Origin: Felis catus | Taxonomy: Eukaryota | Length of the DNA stretch: 64,000 nt | NCBI RefSeq assembly: GCF_018350175.1 | Contig: NC_058373.1 | Coordinates: forward strand, 116,996,001-117,060,000 | Direction of reading: 5' to 3' | Part shown: one piece after another, positions 39,791 through 52,720 of the stretch | Numbering within the stretch: the stretch's first letter is position 1 | Layout: every line of letters starts with the position of its first letter | Program-made: the position numbers and the translations under genes | The notes under the pieces: generated by a model | The model's database searches: none | What the model was told of the DNA's origin: nothing | Seen by the model: only the letters and a program-made list of their open reading frames with translations

Positions 39791-39959
39791 AGAATGCTGC
39801 TATAGTCCTATGTAGACAGCCTTAAGGTCTCCCCGAGCACCTTTCTGGGGATTCCTATCAAGTTCACGTCTAACTCAGTTAGTATCCTGATACCCACTTA
39901 GCAGATCGTCTTGTCCAGCTTCTTCCCAGAGCCTCCTTGTCATATTTTCCCATTTCTTT

Positions 39960-40159
39960 CTTAAAAAAAAATTTTTTTTAACGTTTCTTCATTTTTTCAA
40001 GAGACAGAGTGTGAGTGGGGGAGGGGCAGAGAGCAAGAGACACACACACAGAATCTGAAGCAGGCCCAGGCTCTGAGCTGTCAGCACGGAGCCTGATGGG
40101 GGCTCAAACCCACAAACCGTGAGATCACCGATTAACTGACTGAGTCACCCAGGTGCCCC
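39960..40159 (-). mobile_element. CanSINE with internal deletion
   Basis: Body lacks part of the tRNA-like head. Confidence 0.88.
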
Positions 40160-40325
40160 TGTGGATCTTTCTATCTACTTGGATAAATCACCCGAAGGAA
40201 GCATCTCATCCTTTTCTTAGAGCACTTTCTAGCTGATTTGGTCTTAACCAGTTAAGGGAGTCCTAACTTGCACGTAAAATGTTGGCCGTAAAATTTTATT
40301 TTTGTATTTATTCCGGAGCAGAGAT

Positions 40326-40552
40326 TTTTTTTTAAATTTTTTTTTTCAACGTTTATTTATTTTTGGGACAGAGAGAGACAGAGCATGAACGGGGGAGGGG
40401 CAGAGAGAGAGGGAGACACAGAATCGGAAACAGGCTCCAGGCTCTGAGCCATCATCAGCCCAGAGCCCGACGCGGGGCTCGAACTCACGGACCGCGAGAT
40501 CGTGACCTGGCTGAAGTCGGACGCTCAACCGACTGCGCCACCCAGGCGCCCC
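40326..40552 (-). mobile_element. CanSINE SINEC_Fc (young)
   Basis: TSD cagagatttt. Confidence 0.95.
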
Positions 40553-42379
40553 AACAGAGATTTTAATATAATAGCTTGGTTTCTGAACTGTCTTTCAAAT
40601 GACTACATTACACAGGAATCTTATTATGATACACTGAAGTAATTGTTTCAGTGAAGAGTCTGTGTTTTTCATCTTAGCAGGATCTAATTGCCCCTCTATT
40701 GCAAACAATACAATGAAATTCCTTCATGATAAAATATTATGGACGGTCCTTTGGAAACAATTGTAATGGGTTGGGCCCACATCAGAAAAGGAAAGCTACT
40801 GAGAGCTGGTTGAATGCCTGAGAAATTGTGTTCTATCAAACATCTCAAGCAATTAGCCACCAATAAGCCTTGTAAAAATAGATGCTTCCCTGCTCTAAAA
40901 ACTGGGTAATTGCCAATAATCTTCAGCCAGATGGGTACCGCCTTCCTATAATCACCCTAGAGTTTCCTTCTCAGTCTCCCCAGGTCAGCCTGAAAGTTAT
41001 GCTCGTGTTAGTTGCCTCCTAAGGAAGGGACTCCGATGGAAAGGGTGGAGACCTTCTTGTAAGGACTCAAGAGTGGTTTCTCTTCCTGTAGGAAGAAGTT
41101 CTGAAGATGGGTGCTGTCAGGGAAGGGCAAATGTCACAGTACAACCTGGGCGTTTCACACTGAGGGCTTCTGAGGGCGGGGACTTCGATTTGCAAACTGT
41201 TTAAACTGTTCCGCTAGAGCAAAAGGCAATGGTACATTTAGAAAGAATAGCGTGTCACTGAGACGCCAATAGGGTTATGCAATAAACTATGGCTACTTCC
41301 TTAGAAATTAAATGTAGGTTTTATAAGACGTTGGGTTGTCAGGGAATCTACAAATATAAAATGGTTTCTACAGTACAAGGGCATTTTGTGGCTTTTCACG
41401 ATGATTTTGTGTGAATGTTTTGTTTTGTATACAGTTTTGTCTTTCAGAAATAGCATGACAGGATAAAAGAATGTGCTCTACGTGCAGATGAAGTGGCTGG
41501 AGCCAGCATCATGGGAGGCAGTGCTCTGCCCAAGGGTATTTATTTGCTATATCGTTTGTAATGGACTTTAAAACATTCCTGCGCAGACACTGTAAAATCT
41601 GCATTAGTCGGTTTTTATCTGCACTTCAGAGGCAGTTAGTTAATATTTGAAAGTACTCTAATCAGAAATTATACAGCAGAGGGATGGTTGATTAGCATTT
41701 GAAAGCCCTAAATCAAGTCTACACTCCAGAGATAGACTTCAGCACCTTCCTTGTCTCTGATCTGCGTAGTGGGTGTCAGACTTTGGGCGCTGATGGAATG
41801 AGGGGTCTTCAAACGCGTGGATTTGCTGGAAGTGTTGTCTGGGCGCGTCTGCTGTTAAATAGAGTATAAGGATCTAGCGAGGCCAAGGCCTTCTCTCTAG
41901 GATCCCAGTTCCAAAGTTGTCATGTGCTCAGATGCTGATTGGAGCATTTCTATGACCCTGCTTTGGCTTGGCAGCTGAGTCTGCTGCTACCATATTCACA
42001 TTGACTTTGAGTACACTTTACATGAAAGAAGCTATCTCAGCACCCAAAAGGGCAGAAATCTGGGACTTCATCGAGCGCACAGGATAGGATGTGTGACTCT
42101 TTTTGTGCTTATATTGTTAAAGTAGCATCTCAGGCAAACTAACTGCGTTGCACGCGTATATCAAAGGTATTTTTCAAACTTGCTGCCGGGAAAGAGGCTT
42201 CTGAGCACGCTAACTTCAATATTTCTTACTTGATACACACTTTGTAGGGACAAAACAAAAATTGCTTCGATGTTCGCTATTCGTATGATTTTTTAAAAGG
42301 ATGGTTAGATAAAGATCACGAGGTACCCTGGGAGACTGGCCACAGGTTGCTAAACAGTTCCTGAAGCTGAGAGTGGATG

Positions 42380-42870
42380 GGTTAGTCGAAGTCTCGGTGG
42401 AAAGCAAATGGCTCGCTCAAAATGGGTAATGCGAAGACACTGGAAGGGAGATTGTGTGTCAGGGCGTGTGCAGGGTTTGCGGAGGCTGAGGAGGGATGAT
42501 GTGGTCCTCGGAGGTCCTCAGGGAGCCATTACTGCTCCTGGGACTGAAGGGGCCAGGGAAGGGTAGACCTGAAGACAGAAGCTACCCATGAGGTGCTTTC
42601 TGCCAGGAGCAGAGGCTTCCCATGCAGGGGCATAGACCACCCACAGCATCTCTGCAGGGAGAGAATCAAGGCATGTATAACCCAACCTCGTTCCGCTGCC
42701 CTTTCTGCCTTCCAGTCTCCTGCTGGTGCTTCTCACCGGGCAAGACTCGACCTAAACTGCAAGGCCAGGGAGCCTAGGAATGCAGTCCGGGCAGGTGAGC
42801 TTCCAGGGCCCAGGAGGGTGGGGAAAGGTGTGGAGTGGAGCTGGAGGGGCCAACAGAAGATCCAGGACAG
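42380..42870 (-). mobile_element. ERVL solo LTR (LTR33-like)
   Basis: ccagtctcctgctggtgcttctc...gcaaggccagggagcc...gtggagtggagctggaggggccaacagaagatccaggaca. Confidence 0.6.
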
Positions 42871-43777
42871 TAAATTTGCTAGAAAGGACTCTTGAGCTCA
42901 CTGAAGTCTATCAGAAAATAGCCTCTGTGATTTATCAGGAACCGTAATTACCTCTCCAAAGTAGCAGCTAATCACTTCAGACCACAAAGTCCTGCTGCAG
43001 TTCAGGGACAATTTTCTTTCTCAGTGTGCGTAGCAGAGATTGGTCTGACCCAGCTTTTATTATAAATCACGACCTAGTAGGAGGCTTACTGCTTCATCTA
43101 CCTACAAGTGGTGGTGGCTATGAGGAAGAGATTTCCTTCTTGATATCTCATACTTGTGAAGGATTAGGTAAACTTTCTAAATCTTTATATTTCACATTCT
43201 GCTTTTTTTTTCCCCCTCATTGTACTTATTGCCATTCATAGTTACCTATGAGTTTGTTGATCTGTCATTCTACCCAGTGACCGTAATCCATGAAGGCCAA
43301 CGGCTACGTCTCTCTACACGGCCTACGTGGAGCTACAGGCAAGTAATAGGTGCTCAGTGATTATTTACTACATGATGGAGTAAATGAAAACTCTGGTTAT
43401 CTGTCAGCAAGGCAGCATGGTTGAAGCGGCGAGAGTGTGGGTTCTGGAATAGGGAAAAATTAGGTTTGAATGTTGGCTGTACTTAGGAGTTGAGAAGTCC
43501 TAGCGAGTTGCTTAATCTCTCAAAGCTGTAATTTCCTTCTCCACAATGTGGTGATTATAAAGTTTAGCCACCTAGATTTACTCGCTAAAGTTTGAATCAG
43601 ACACACTGTTAAGTGCCTAATAGGGCTGGGAACGTGAAAGAAGGCAGTTGGGAACTAGAGGGACACCTGATGCTGTTCCCGTACACCTGTTGTTAGTTTT
43701 TATTAAAAAAAAATTTTTTTTCAGTAAGGGAGGACTTCTTTCAAAAGAGTAAGGATCATTAAAAAAAAAAATTTCTC

Positions 43778-43995
43778 GGGGCGCCTGGGTGGCGCAGTCG
43801 GTTAAGCGTCCGACTTCAGCCAGGTCACGATCTCGGGGTCCGTGAGTTCGAGCCCCGCATCAGGCTCTGGGCTGAAGGCTCGGAGCCTGGAGCCTGTTTC
43901 CAATTCTGTGTCTCCCTCTCTCTCTGCCCCTCCCCCGTTCATGCTCTGTCTCTCTCTGTCCCAAAAATAAATAAAAAAGTTGAAAAAAAAAATTA
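43778..43995 (+). mobile_element. CanSINE SINEC_Fc (young)
   Basis: TSD aaaaaaaaaaatttctc. Confidence 0.95.
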
Positions 43996-44719
43996 AAAAA
44001 AAAAATTTCTCAAAGGAACAACCAGGGGTTTGGCATATAATATAAAGCCTTCATCTTTTGGAAGGTTATCAAAATTTCTCTCTTTCAAATGATCATTGGT
44101 CACCAGTGTTTAGTTCAATCTAGTGGAAATATATTCAGCAGAGTCTGAAACCTTTAGCACCTGTGAGATAGGGTAGCCTATGAAATTGACATCGTATATT
44201 CAATAGAAATGTTCCTAAAAATATGGAACACTTTTACTGATAATAACACATTTCAGTGCATGCATCCTGTGATGAATTCTTCTCTAAAGTTAAGAATGAC
44301 CCCAATATTATTGTTTTAAATACAATTCCTTTTAAGCGATGGGGAAAATATCTGGTGATGTCCTCTGGGCTGGCTTTCCAAGTACCTGTCAGTAAAGCAC
44401 CCTCTCCCCTTTAAAAAAAAAAAAAAAGTGGCCTTTAAATGTTTAAAAAAAATCATACAAGTTGACCATAGAAAAAATAAGAAATAAATGACAAATAGAT
44501 GCACAAAAGCAACTTTAAAAATGTAAAACCCGTCCAGAAGCAAACTTTTCAAGTGTGAATTTGTACTTACCCATTTCTTTATAAACTTTACTAAGAAAAT
44601 TCTTCATCAGAGCTACTTTTTCCTCCCTGGAGTATCAGTAGGGTTCCACCAGTCTGAGTGAATACTTTTGTAAACTGGATCCCTTTTGCAAATTTCCCCC
44701 ACTTTCCCACTGTCAGAAA

Positions 44720-45085
44720 ACACTGTTAAGAACCTGTGGGTGTCTCTCCAACATTGACTTTAACACCTCCACAGTAAGTAACAACTATGTTGTTTAGGTG
44801 GAATTGCCCCAACCCCTCAGGTTTAGGGATGGGCACTGTGTGGTTTGAGCCAATCCGGGTAACCTCATTTTCCTTTGCTGTTGTGATTGGTTCAAGCAAC
44901 CCAGCTTTAGCGCAATTAACATGTGTTCTTTCAGCCACAGGGTTTGACTCACAGGTGATCCAACCAACTGGTAACTTGAAACTTTTGCTGGGAATTCTAG
45001 GAAACAAAATTTTCTCTCCTGAATGTGAAACGTGGATATAAAATCTGGAACAGTTTAGCACCCATTAAGGAAGGCAGCCCAGAAT
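44720..45085 (+). mobile_element. MaLR LTR relic
   Basis: ggtttgagccaatcc...gtgattggttca...aaacttttgctgggaattctagga. Confidence 0.45.
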
Positions 45086-45519
45086 ATAATCTTTAACTTT
45101 TTAAAGATGTAAGATGTAAGTGATCATCTTACAGTTGGGTAGAAAGATGGCTACAATTTTCATCTCTAAAATCTATAAACCATGTAAAGCATTTCATACA
45201 TTGCCAGCACATGGTAAACATGTGAAAATGTCTAACCCAATTATTAATGTTGTTTCCAATCTGACTTATAGTTAATCTGACCAATGAATTCTTGTCTACA
45301 TGCCAATAGACACAGGTTACCTATCGATCATTCTTCTTGCCAATTAATATATACACGCCTTAACAAAGATATCTTAGAGACAATATATTCAGTTGTTGTC
45401 ACTGGAGCTAATGGAATGGCTCCAGTGGTTGAAATCTCAGGCTAACATAAAGTGAGCTTCCTCAAAGCTGCTTGGGTCAATCCCCATCCCACTCCCACCT
45501 CCTCATCTGTCGGTTGGTC

Positions 45520-45990
45520 TTGTGCACAAAAGCTGTGGATTGCCTACATAACAGCCATTCCTCGTTGCTAACAGAAATCTAATTTTGTACATTTATTGGT
45601 CATATGGATGTTTTAGGGGATTGGACCGTGATAATACCAATTTCCGGGCCAGTGATTGGTTTAGAAATGGGTGTGTCATCAATTCTGGTCAATGAAATGT
45701 GAGGAAAGCCTTTTTGCAGGGCTTCTGGATGGAACATTCTGTCTCACAGCTTTTGGGTATTGATATGTGGGGAAGTGATGCGTGAGGTTGCTGCAGCCAT
45801 CTTTCTATCATGATGTGTCAAGCTTGAGACAGAGTCTACATTCTGAGGAGAAAAGAATCTGGTTCTTGGTGACATAGTTGGACAACTGAAAACCAAAGTG
45901 CTTTAGGACTTCTTGTTGCATGGTGGATGAAAGCCCTTTATTGTTTAACCACTGAGTGGCGTTTTCTGTTACTTACATCAAAAAAACATC
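45520..45990 (+). mobile_element. MaLR LTR relic (MLT1-like)
   Basis: ccagtgattggtttagaaatgggtgtgtcatcaattctggtcaatgaaatgtgagg...ctgcagccatctt...aaagccctttattgtttaaccactgagt. Confidence 0.6.
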
Positions 45991-45992
45991 TA

Positions 45993-46215
45993 GGGGCACC
46001 TGGGTGGCGCAGTCGGTTAAGCGTCCGACTTCAGCCAGGTCACGATCTCACGGTCCGTGAGTTCGAGCCCCGCGTCGGGCTCTGGGCTGATGGCTCAGAG
46101 CCTGGAGCCTGTTTCCGATTCTGTGTCTCCCTCTCTCTCTGCCCCTCCCCCGTTCATGCTCTGTCTCTCTCTGTCCCCAAAAAAATAAACATTGAAAAAA
46201 AAATTTATAAAAAAA
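45993..46215 (+). mobile_element. CanSINE SINEC_Fc (young)
   Basis: TSD aaaaaaacatcta. Confidence 0.95.
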
Positions 46216-47171
46216 AAAAAAACATCTAAATGATTCAACTATGGGACACGAATTACCTATTTTCTCCTCTTCGATGTTGTTCTTTTTATTCAGAGAGACG
46301 CAGGCTGTGGAAAAACATGAATTGCCCCACTCATTTGTAGACAAAAAATTTACCAAAGGTTCTTTTAGCAGCTCACTCTTCACGGCGACTTGAGTGGCAG
46401 CATATCTTATTGGGTTTAAAGAAAAAGCAAAACCTTTTGTTCCTGTTAGATGTGGAGACTTGGGTACCTCAAAGAGAACTCTGGGTATCTTTTGAAACAT
46501 TTTACTTAATCAGTACAGTTTTTAAAAGTCTGTATACTCACAAAGAGGTGTGAAACTGTTGGGAAATATAAGATTCAGACACAGAAAAATTCTCTTCCTA
46601 GGAACAGAGAGGAAAACTCTTGGAACTACAATTTCTGGCAAAGTCGATGTAGATAGAGAAAGAATAGATGCTGTTTCTGGACATGAGAAAGAACATAAAT
46701 CAAATATATAAGCTTATGTGCCTTTTGCAAGTGAAAGATTGTGTGGTATTTATTTAAAGGCAGATCAATCCCTCTCTGAGACTAAATGAGGAAGAGATTA
46801 ATTGAAATCTTAATGGAACATAAAATTGGGCATTGGCGATGTTGGCCTGCAACCATTGTAGATTGACAGATAATGCAGCCAGTCTGTTTACCTTATTGGA
46901 ATGAGCCCTGGGAGGTGATGTGCCTGCTTCCTAATCTAGGAGTCTAATGTTTGCTTCTTAGATTTTTGTTGACAGGCTGATATCCTGACTCACTGGATCA
47001 GCCAGGTCGGAATCCTTTCTCCTTTGTTTCTACCTACGAAAGATATACTGGCCTGGGTCTAGGTCTAACAGGGTTAATTTCAACACTGTATTGAAAAGAA
47101 CTCCAGGAATCTGGGGGGAAGGAAGACCCGCTCCTGTCAACAGCGGTGCTTCCTTTAAAACTGCATTAGGG

Positions 47172-47330
47172 AGAGGCGCCTGGGTGGCTCAGTCGGTTAA
47201 GCCCGACTTCAGCTCAGGTCATGATCTCACCATTAGCTCGTGGGTTCGAGCCCCGAGTCGGGCTCTGTGCTGATAGCTCAGAGCCTGGAGCCTGCTTCAG
47301 ATTCTGTGTCTCCCTCTCTCTCTGTCCTTC

Positions 47331-47369
<39 letters not shown>

Positions 47370-47395
47370 AATAAATAAACATGAAAAAAAAAAAT
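47172..47395 (+). mobile_element. CanSINE
   Basis: TSD aa(a/g)actgc(a/c)ttaggga. Confidence 0.93.
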
Positions 47396-48234
47396 AAGAC
47401 TGCCTTAGGGAAATGATGCCTTTTGAAGAAAGCATGTGCAGGCGTCATCCTTGCCTCTCTAAATGGCAGTCACCTCTATAATTACCTGACTTCTTTTCCT
47501 AGTTGAGCTCCTTGAGGGAAAGGCCTTTCCCTTATGAATATCTTTATCTCCCTCTTCCTGGTATACTAGGTGTTTGACAAAGCCCAGTTGGCTGACTGAG
47601 GTCAGCCTATTTTCCAACCTACATTTGGAAAGGTTGCGTTCATTAATAGTAAGGCGCTAGATCATGATCACTAGGAATTGACAGATTATACTACATCTGA
47701 CATCCAGTTTGCTGGGATCAGATAGAAAGTGAGTGTCCCACTTGGATGAAGGTACCTCCTGAGAGAGAGGTCCTAGGGTCAGTCAGACAAATCATAGCAT
47801 CAGGCAGCGAGTCTGAATGGTGCTGGGTGGGAGGCCAGGAGCCGGAGGAGTGAATGAACAAGTGGAGTTCTCGTCTCTTGGGATCCCTTGTTACCATTAC
47901 CACGGCTGAACATAATGAGTGTGTCATTGCCAATCCACATAGCCACACGCTAAATGTTAATAAAGCTTCTTTTTATCCTCCCAGAAATTAGGTAAGAAAA
48001 ATGAGTAGAAGTTCTACCATTGTCTTCGTGTACCATACTTTTTTGCACATCCTACCGTAAAGTCTCCTTGTCTACACATGGATAAACAAGATCAATACAG
48101 TCTCTGCCCTCATGGGGTTATGATCCACTGGGAAAATTAGAAACAAACAGGCTATTACAATAGTATAATACCCACATTGAAATGTAGAACTCGATACTTA
48201 ATATTAAAATAAGTGAATATTAACCGATAGATAT

Positions 48235-48672
48235 TGTGGAAATTAATAAAACAAAACTCCTTTAGAATGGAGCTGGAGGCCGGCAGGGGGAGCTCTTACA
48301 CCCTAGCACTCCTGGTCACTCCTAGACCAGGAAGAGTGGGATGTGGCTACTACTTCACTATTCCAGCAGGAAGAAGAAAGACTTACCTCCTTCCCTGGCA
48401 ATAGCCCAGCCAAAGGAAGACTGTCACAATTGCCAATGAGAAGCAATTTTACTTCCAACTCCTAATTTCCTCTAATGGACTTGGTGTTTGTGACAGCCAT
48501 CCCAAATTCCCTGTTTCATTCTCTATAAAGGGGTGTGCTTCTTTGCTCAGCGGGACTTGTCCGTGGTTTTGCAGTAACTTACTTGTCCTGGACTAGAATT
48601 CTTTGCTGTTCTCCAGATAATCTCCTCTTGTTGGCTGTAAGATAACTGGCAGATTTATTTTTAAGGTCAACA
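48235..48672 (+). mobile_element. ERV1-type solo LTR (MER34-like or carnivore LTR)
   Basis: TG...CA ends (tgtgga...ggtcaaca), CCAAT boxes, ctctataaagg TATA-like motif, gaattctttgctgttctcc U5-like segment; TSD not clear. Confidence 0.55.
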
Positions 48673-48711
48673 CGACTTTTTTGTGTAATTAAACAAAAAT
48701 ATTTCTCAGCC

Positions 48712-49330
48712 ACTGTAGCAGACAATCGTGGTTTCTGCTACCCAGAATCTATTTCGTCTTTTTCTAGGAAGGAGATCTTGGGTTTTTTTCTTAGGAAATT
48801 ATATCCCCTTCCCACTGTACTTTTAATCCATGGGGTTGGGTTATCCCTTCACCAGATCTAGGGATAGGAAAATAATCTCCTGATCTAGGGGTAGGAAAAT
48901 CATCCAGATCTTAGCAACATTGTATTTGAATCCCTAACCGGCGAGAAGTAGTCATGTGACCCAAGCTAATCCAATCAGAGATAATCCTGTTTTTGTTTTT
49001 TTTTTTTTTTTTTTTAATGGAATAACCTGGACAAAGGAGTTCTCTTTTCTCTCCTTTTCTCCTTTGGTTCCAGACCTGGAATCAAGTATGAACAGTCAGA
49101 ACTTCAGGCAGATATCTTCTCCACGAGAGGAGAAAAGGGTAACCAAGACGGAAGAAATGTAACATTCAAGAGGCAAAGGCAGAGAGACTGAGTTTCAATG
49201 ATGTCTGAGCCCCTGAAAACCTTGGAGACCACTTTTACCACTGTGCTTTCCGTTGACGTGAGCCAATAGGTTCTTGAGTTTTGGCCTAAGCCAATTTGCG
49301 TTGGGTTTTCTCTCACTTAACAACCCAAAC
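48712..49330 (+). mobile_element. MaLR LTR relic (MLT1K/L-like)
   Basis: gtcatgtgacccaagctaatccaatcaga...gtgagccaatagg...ctaagccaatttgcgttgggttttctctcactt. Confidence 0.55.
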
Positions 49331-49937
49331 TTGGTACCTAATTTACAAATTTGCAGCTGCTCTCACTCACGGGTAAGCTAACTCTGGTCTCGTCTGATGT
49401 CTGAACGGAACTCACCTTTCCAGTATCCCGAATTTTTCCCGGATTTATGTTTAATATTTGCCTTTCATCCCTGGGCTTTTTAACAACGATGGTGAATTCT
49501 AGATACCTTTCTCCTTTCTCCTCCCACCCCTATTGTGATTTTAGCTTTCCTAGCATGGCTTTTCCTCCGGCTGCTTTGGAATTACATGTAATGCCCGCGG
49601 AAAGTGCAGGTGGCTGGGCCACATGCTATGAAAATCCGAAGATCTGCACTTTAAAAATGCTCCCAGGTGATACTGATCTAAAGCTTGAAAAATAGAGCCC
49701 TAACATTAGACAAGGGTCCTTTCTGCTCTTCCCCCAAAACCCATAGGTCCCTCTCACCCTCGATCAGTTTCTCTTCCCATCTATGGATAGACTGTAAGTG
49801 AGAAACAATAGAACTACACGGACTTCTCATTGGCTAGCATGACCCTGAGCTTTCCCTGTCATCCACTTAGCTAGGAAAATTTTCCTGGATGAACCATCTC
49901 AAAAGTCAGATCTCTGCCCTTTGGAAATATGAACTTA

Positions 49938-50365
49938 GGGGTGTCTGGATGGCTCAGTCAGTTAAATGTCTGACTCCTGGGGCACCTGGGTGGCTCAGTC
50001 AGTTAGGCATCTGACTTTGGCTCAGGTCATGATTTCACAGTTCGTGGGTTTGAGCCCCACATCGGGCTCTGTGCTGACAGCCCAGAGCCTGGAGCCTGCT
50101 TCTGATTCTGTGTCTCCTTCTCTCTCTGTCCCTCCCTGGCTTGTGCTCTGTCTCTGTCTCAAAAATAAATAAACATTAGGATAAAAAAATAATCATCTGA
50201 CCCTTGATGTTGGCTGGGGCCATGATCTCGTGGTTCACGGGTTCGAGCCCCACATTGGGCTTTGCGCTGTGTCAGCGAGAAGCCTGCTTGGAATTTTCTC
50301 TCCACCCCTCCCCTCCTAAAATAAATAAATAAACTTTTAAAAAAAATTTTAAAAAGGAAAAGAAC
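49938..50365 (+). mobile_element. Nested CanSINEs (inner copy 49979-50190 inside an older copy)
   Basis: Outer TSD gaaat(a/c)tgaactta at 49924 and 50366; the outer body resumes after the inner poly(A). Confidence 0.9.
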
Positions 50366-51247
50366 GAAATCTGAACTTATATCTTCTAACAAGATACACT
50401 GATGTGATCTTCTGTATTCTTCGCAGCTGTAGTTTTTGAAAGGGACACAGAATTCCTAAAACTCAGCTCAAATCAGAGATTGAAAAATATATAGCTAGAT
50501 AGAACATAACATGATATTTAAATATTTCCCTTTTTCTTTCCCCTTCTATGGGAGGCAGGAGAGGTCTGAGGTTGCCCACCTTCTCCTCAATCCTGTGGGC
50601 TTCTGTAGCAGTATAATATCAGGGTCTTTAAGCAACAAGGATTTCCTCAAATTTGATGGATTGTTGATGACTGTGATACATGAGGCTGAAGGAAAAGTCA
50701 TGGGACAGACATAGAAGCCAACTTTGAACTGTAAGCCTTTCCCATGACCTGTGCCCCCAAAATAGTAGCTCTCTGCCGGCGACCATCTGCAGCCTTGATC
50801 TGACCCTGACCCAAACATCTGGCATGTGGAAGCTGGCCCAGAGCAAGCCGATTAATCTCCCGGTGCTCACAGCCTTTTCTTGGACTTCTGTATGTCACAC
50901 AGTGATCACTGTTTAAAACCACTGATAAAATTCAAGAATGTGCCAATAATAACTCCCTCATCGTGGGCTGAGCTGGATTTCCAAAGCACCAGAAGCTGAA
51001 TGCTGATCCTCCAGGAAAGATGGTGAGCAGGGTGCCACTGGGGGCCCTCAGGACCACCTGACTCGAAACCACAGGATGGGTCCACGGTAGGTCAGGTAGC
51101 TGTGGGTGGGGCAGAGTGGACGAGAGAGGACATCTCCCCTTTTACATCAGCTTTTTTTAACCTTCCTTTGCCTTGAAGGTCTGGCTGCTTGTCTCACCAT
51201 TCCTGTCTCCCCTGATCCCCCATGGAGACAGATTCCTTAAAGCTTCA

Positions 51248-51467
51248 GGGGTGCCTGGGTGGCTCAGTTGGTTAAACGTTTGACTCTTGATCTCAGCTCA
51301 GGTCATGATCTCACAGTTCATGAGTTCAAGCCCCGCATTGGGCTTTGCGCTGACAGTGCAGAGCCTGCTTGGGATTCCGTCTCTCCCTCTCTCTGCCCCT
51401 TCCCCACTTGCTCTCTCTCTCTCTCTCTCTCTCTCTCAAAATAAATAGACTTAAAAAAAAAAAAAAA
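51248..51467 (+). mobile_element. CanSINE (older)
   Basis: Full body; TSD aaa(g/a)cttca. Confidence 0.92.
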
Positions 51468-52099
51468 ACTTCATTTAGAAACCTTTGAGTCACCTGCCTT
51501 GACGCCATTAATTTTCCCTCTCTGCCCTCACTCTCTAAACTTCCTCCACAATACAAGTGAGTGTCTAAGACTTCGTTTGCACAGAGATGTTAGAAAAATA
51601 TGTATTTTTTAACTTAATAGGGAAAATGACGTATGAGACCTTCCATTTGAATCGAGAAACTGAGAGAGGCACTGTGGTTTATGTAGGGACAATTCCTTTG
51701 GAAGATCCAGGCAGAAGTCAGACTGGTTTATGATGAAAAAGCACAATACTAATGTATTCCTAGCACTTCAGGGAAATTCAGGGAACCTCCTTCCCCCAGT
51801 CTGTCGTCTACAGAACATATCCCATCAGGAGGACTAAGGTAAGGACAGTAAGGACGGGAAATGAGAGTTTATGGTGTCGATCAAGGTAGAGAAAGTGCTG
51901 CAGTTGAATGCAGTAATACTTTCTCTTGGAAAGGACCTGTGCAAGAGAGGGAGGCTTGGGTCTTTCAGGGGATTGATGTTTATTTCCTTCAAGAAATACT
52001 GAGTGTTTCTTGTGGTCCAGGCATGATATTAGATATGGAAGATACAAGGATGGGCAAACAGATGTGGTTCCCGTTTTCGTGGAGCTATCATCAAGAGGG

Positions 52100-52720
52100 G
52101 TAACACTAGTAACCAATTAATCATTAAATAAATGTGCAAAGGAAGTGGTGACGAGTGCTGGTAAGGAGAGATCTCCCTGGGGCTAGGAGAGGCAATATGA
52201 GAAAGGATTTGACCTCGTCTAAAGGGTCATAAAAAGCTTTCTTAAAAAAGTGATGACTGGGTCGAGGCCTGAATGATGAGCAAGAATTAAGTCGATAAAG
52301 AAGGAAGGGGAGGGAATGAGCTGGGGGCCCTGTGGGGACCTGGTGAAGCACCAAGAGTAAGGACTCTGCATTGGATCAGGGAGAGTGAAGGGGAGAGGGG
52401 CTGAGGTTGGAGAGGTTCCAGGGTACAGATCAGGGAGGACCTTGCTTGTAGACCACGCCAAGGATTCTAATATTTATCATACAAGCAATGGGAAGCCATT
52501 GAATAGTTTTAATTGGTGATAGCGGTCATGATAGTGGTGGGGGATGTGTTCAGCTTTGTGTTGGAAAAGATTGTTCTGGCTGCCGTGTGACTGGGTGGGG
52601 AGAGGGTAGATTCAACGTAGAAAGAGCAGGCAGAGGGTCTTGTAGCATCCCAGGCAAGGAATGATTGGGCTAAGCTGGTGGCAGTGATGGAAAGAGACAT
52701 TGAAGAGGGAAGATCAACAG
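52100..52720 (-). mobile_element. L2 relic
   Basis: agatcagggaggaccttg...gcaatgggaagccattgaatagttttaa...ggaaaagattgttctggctgccgtgtg. Confidence 0.65.
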
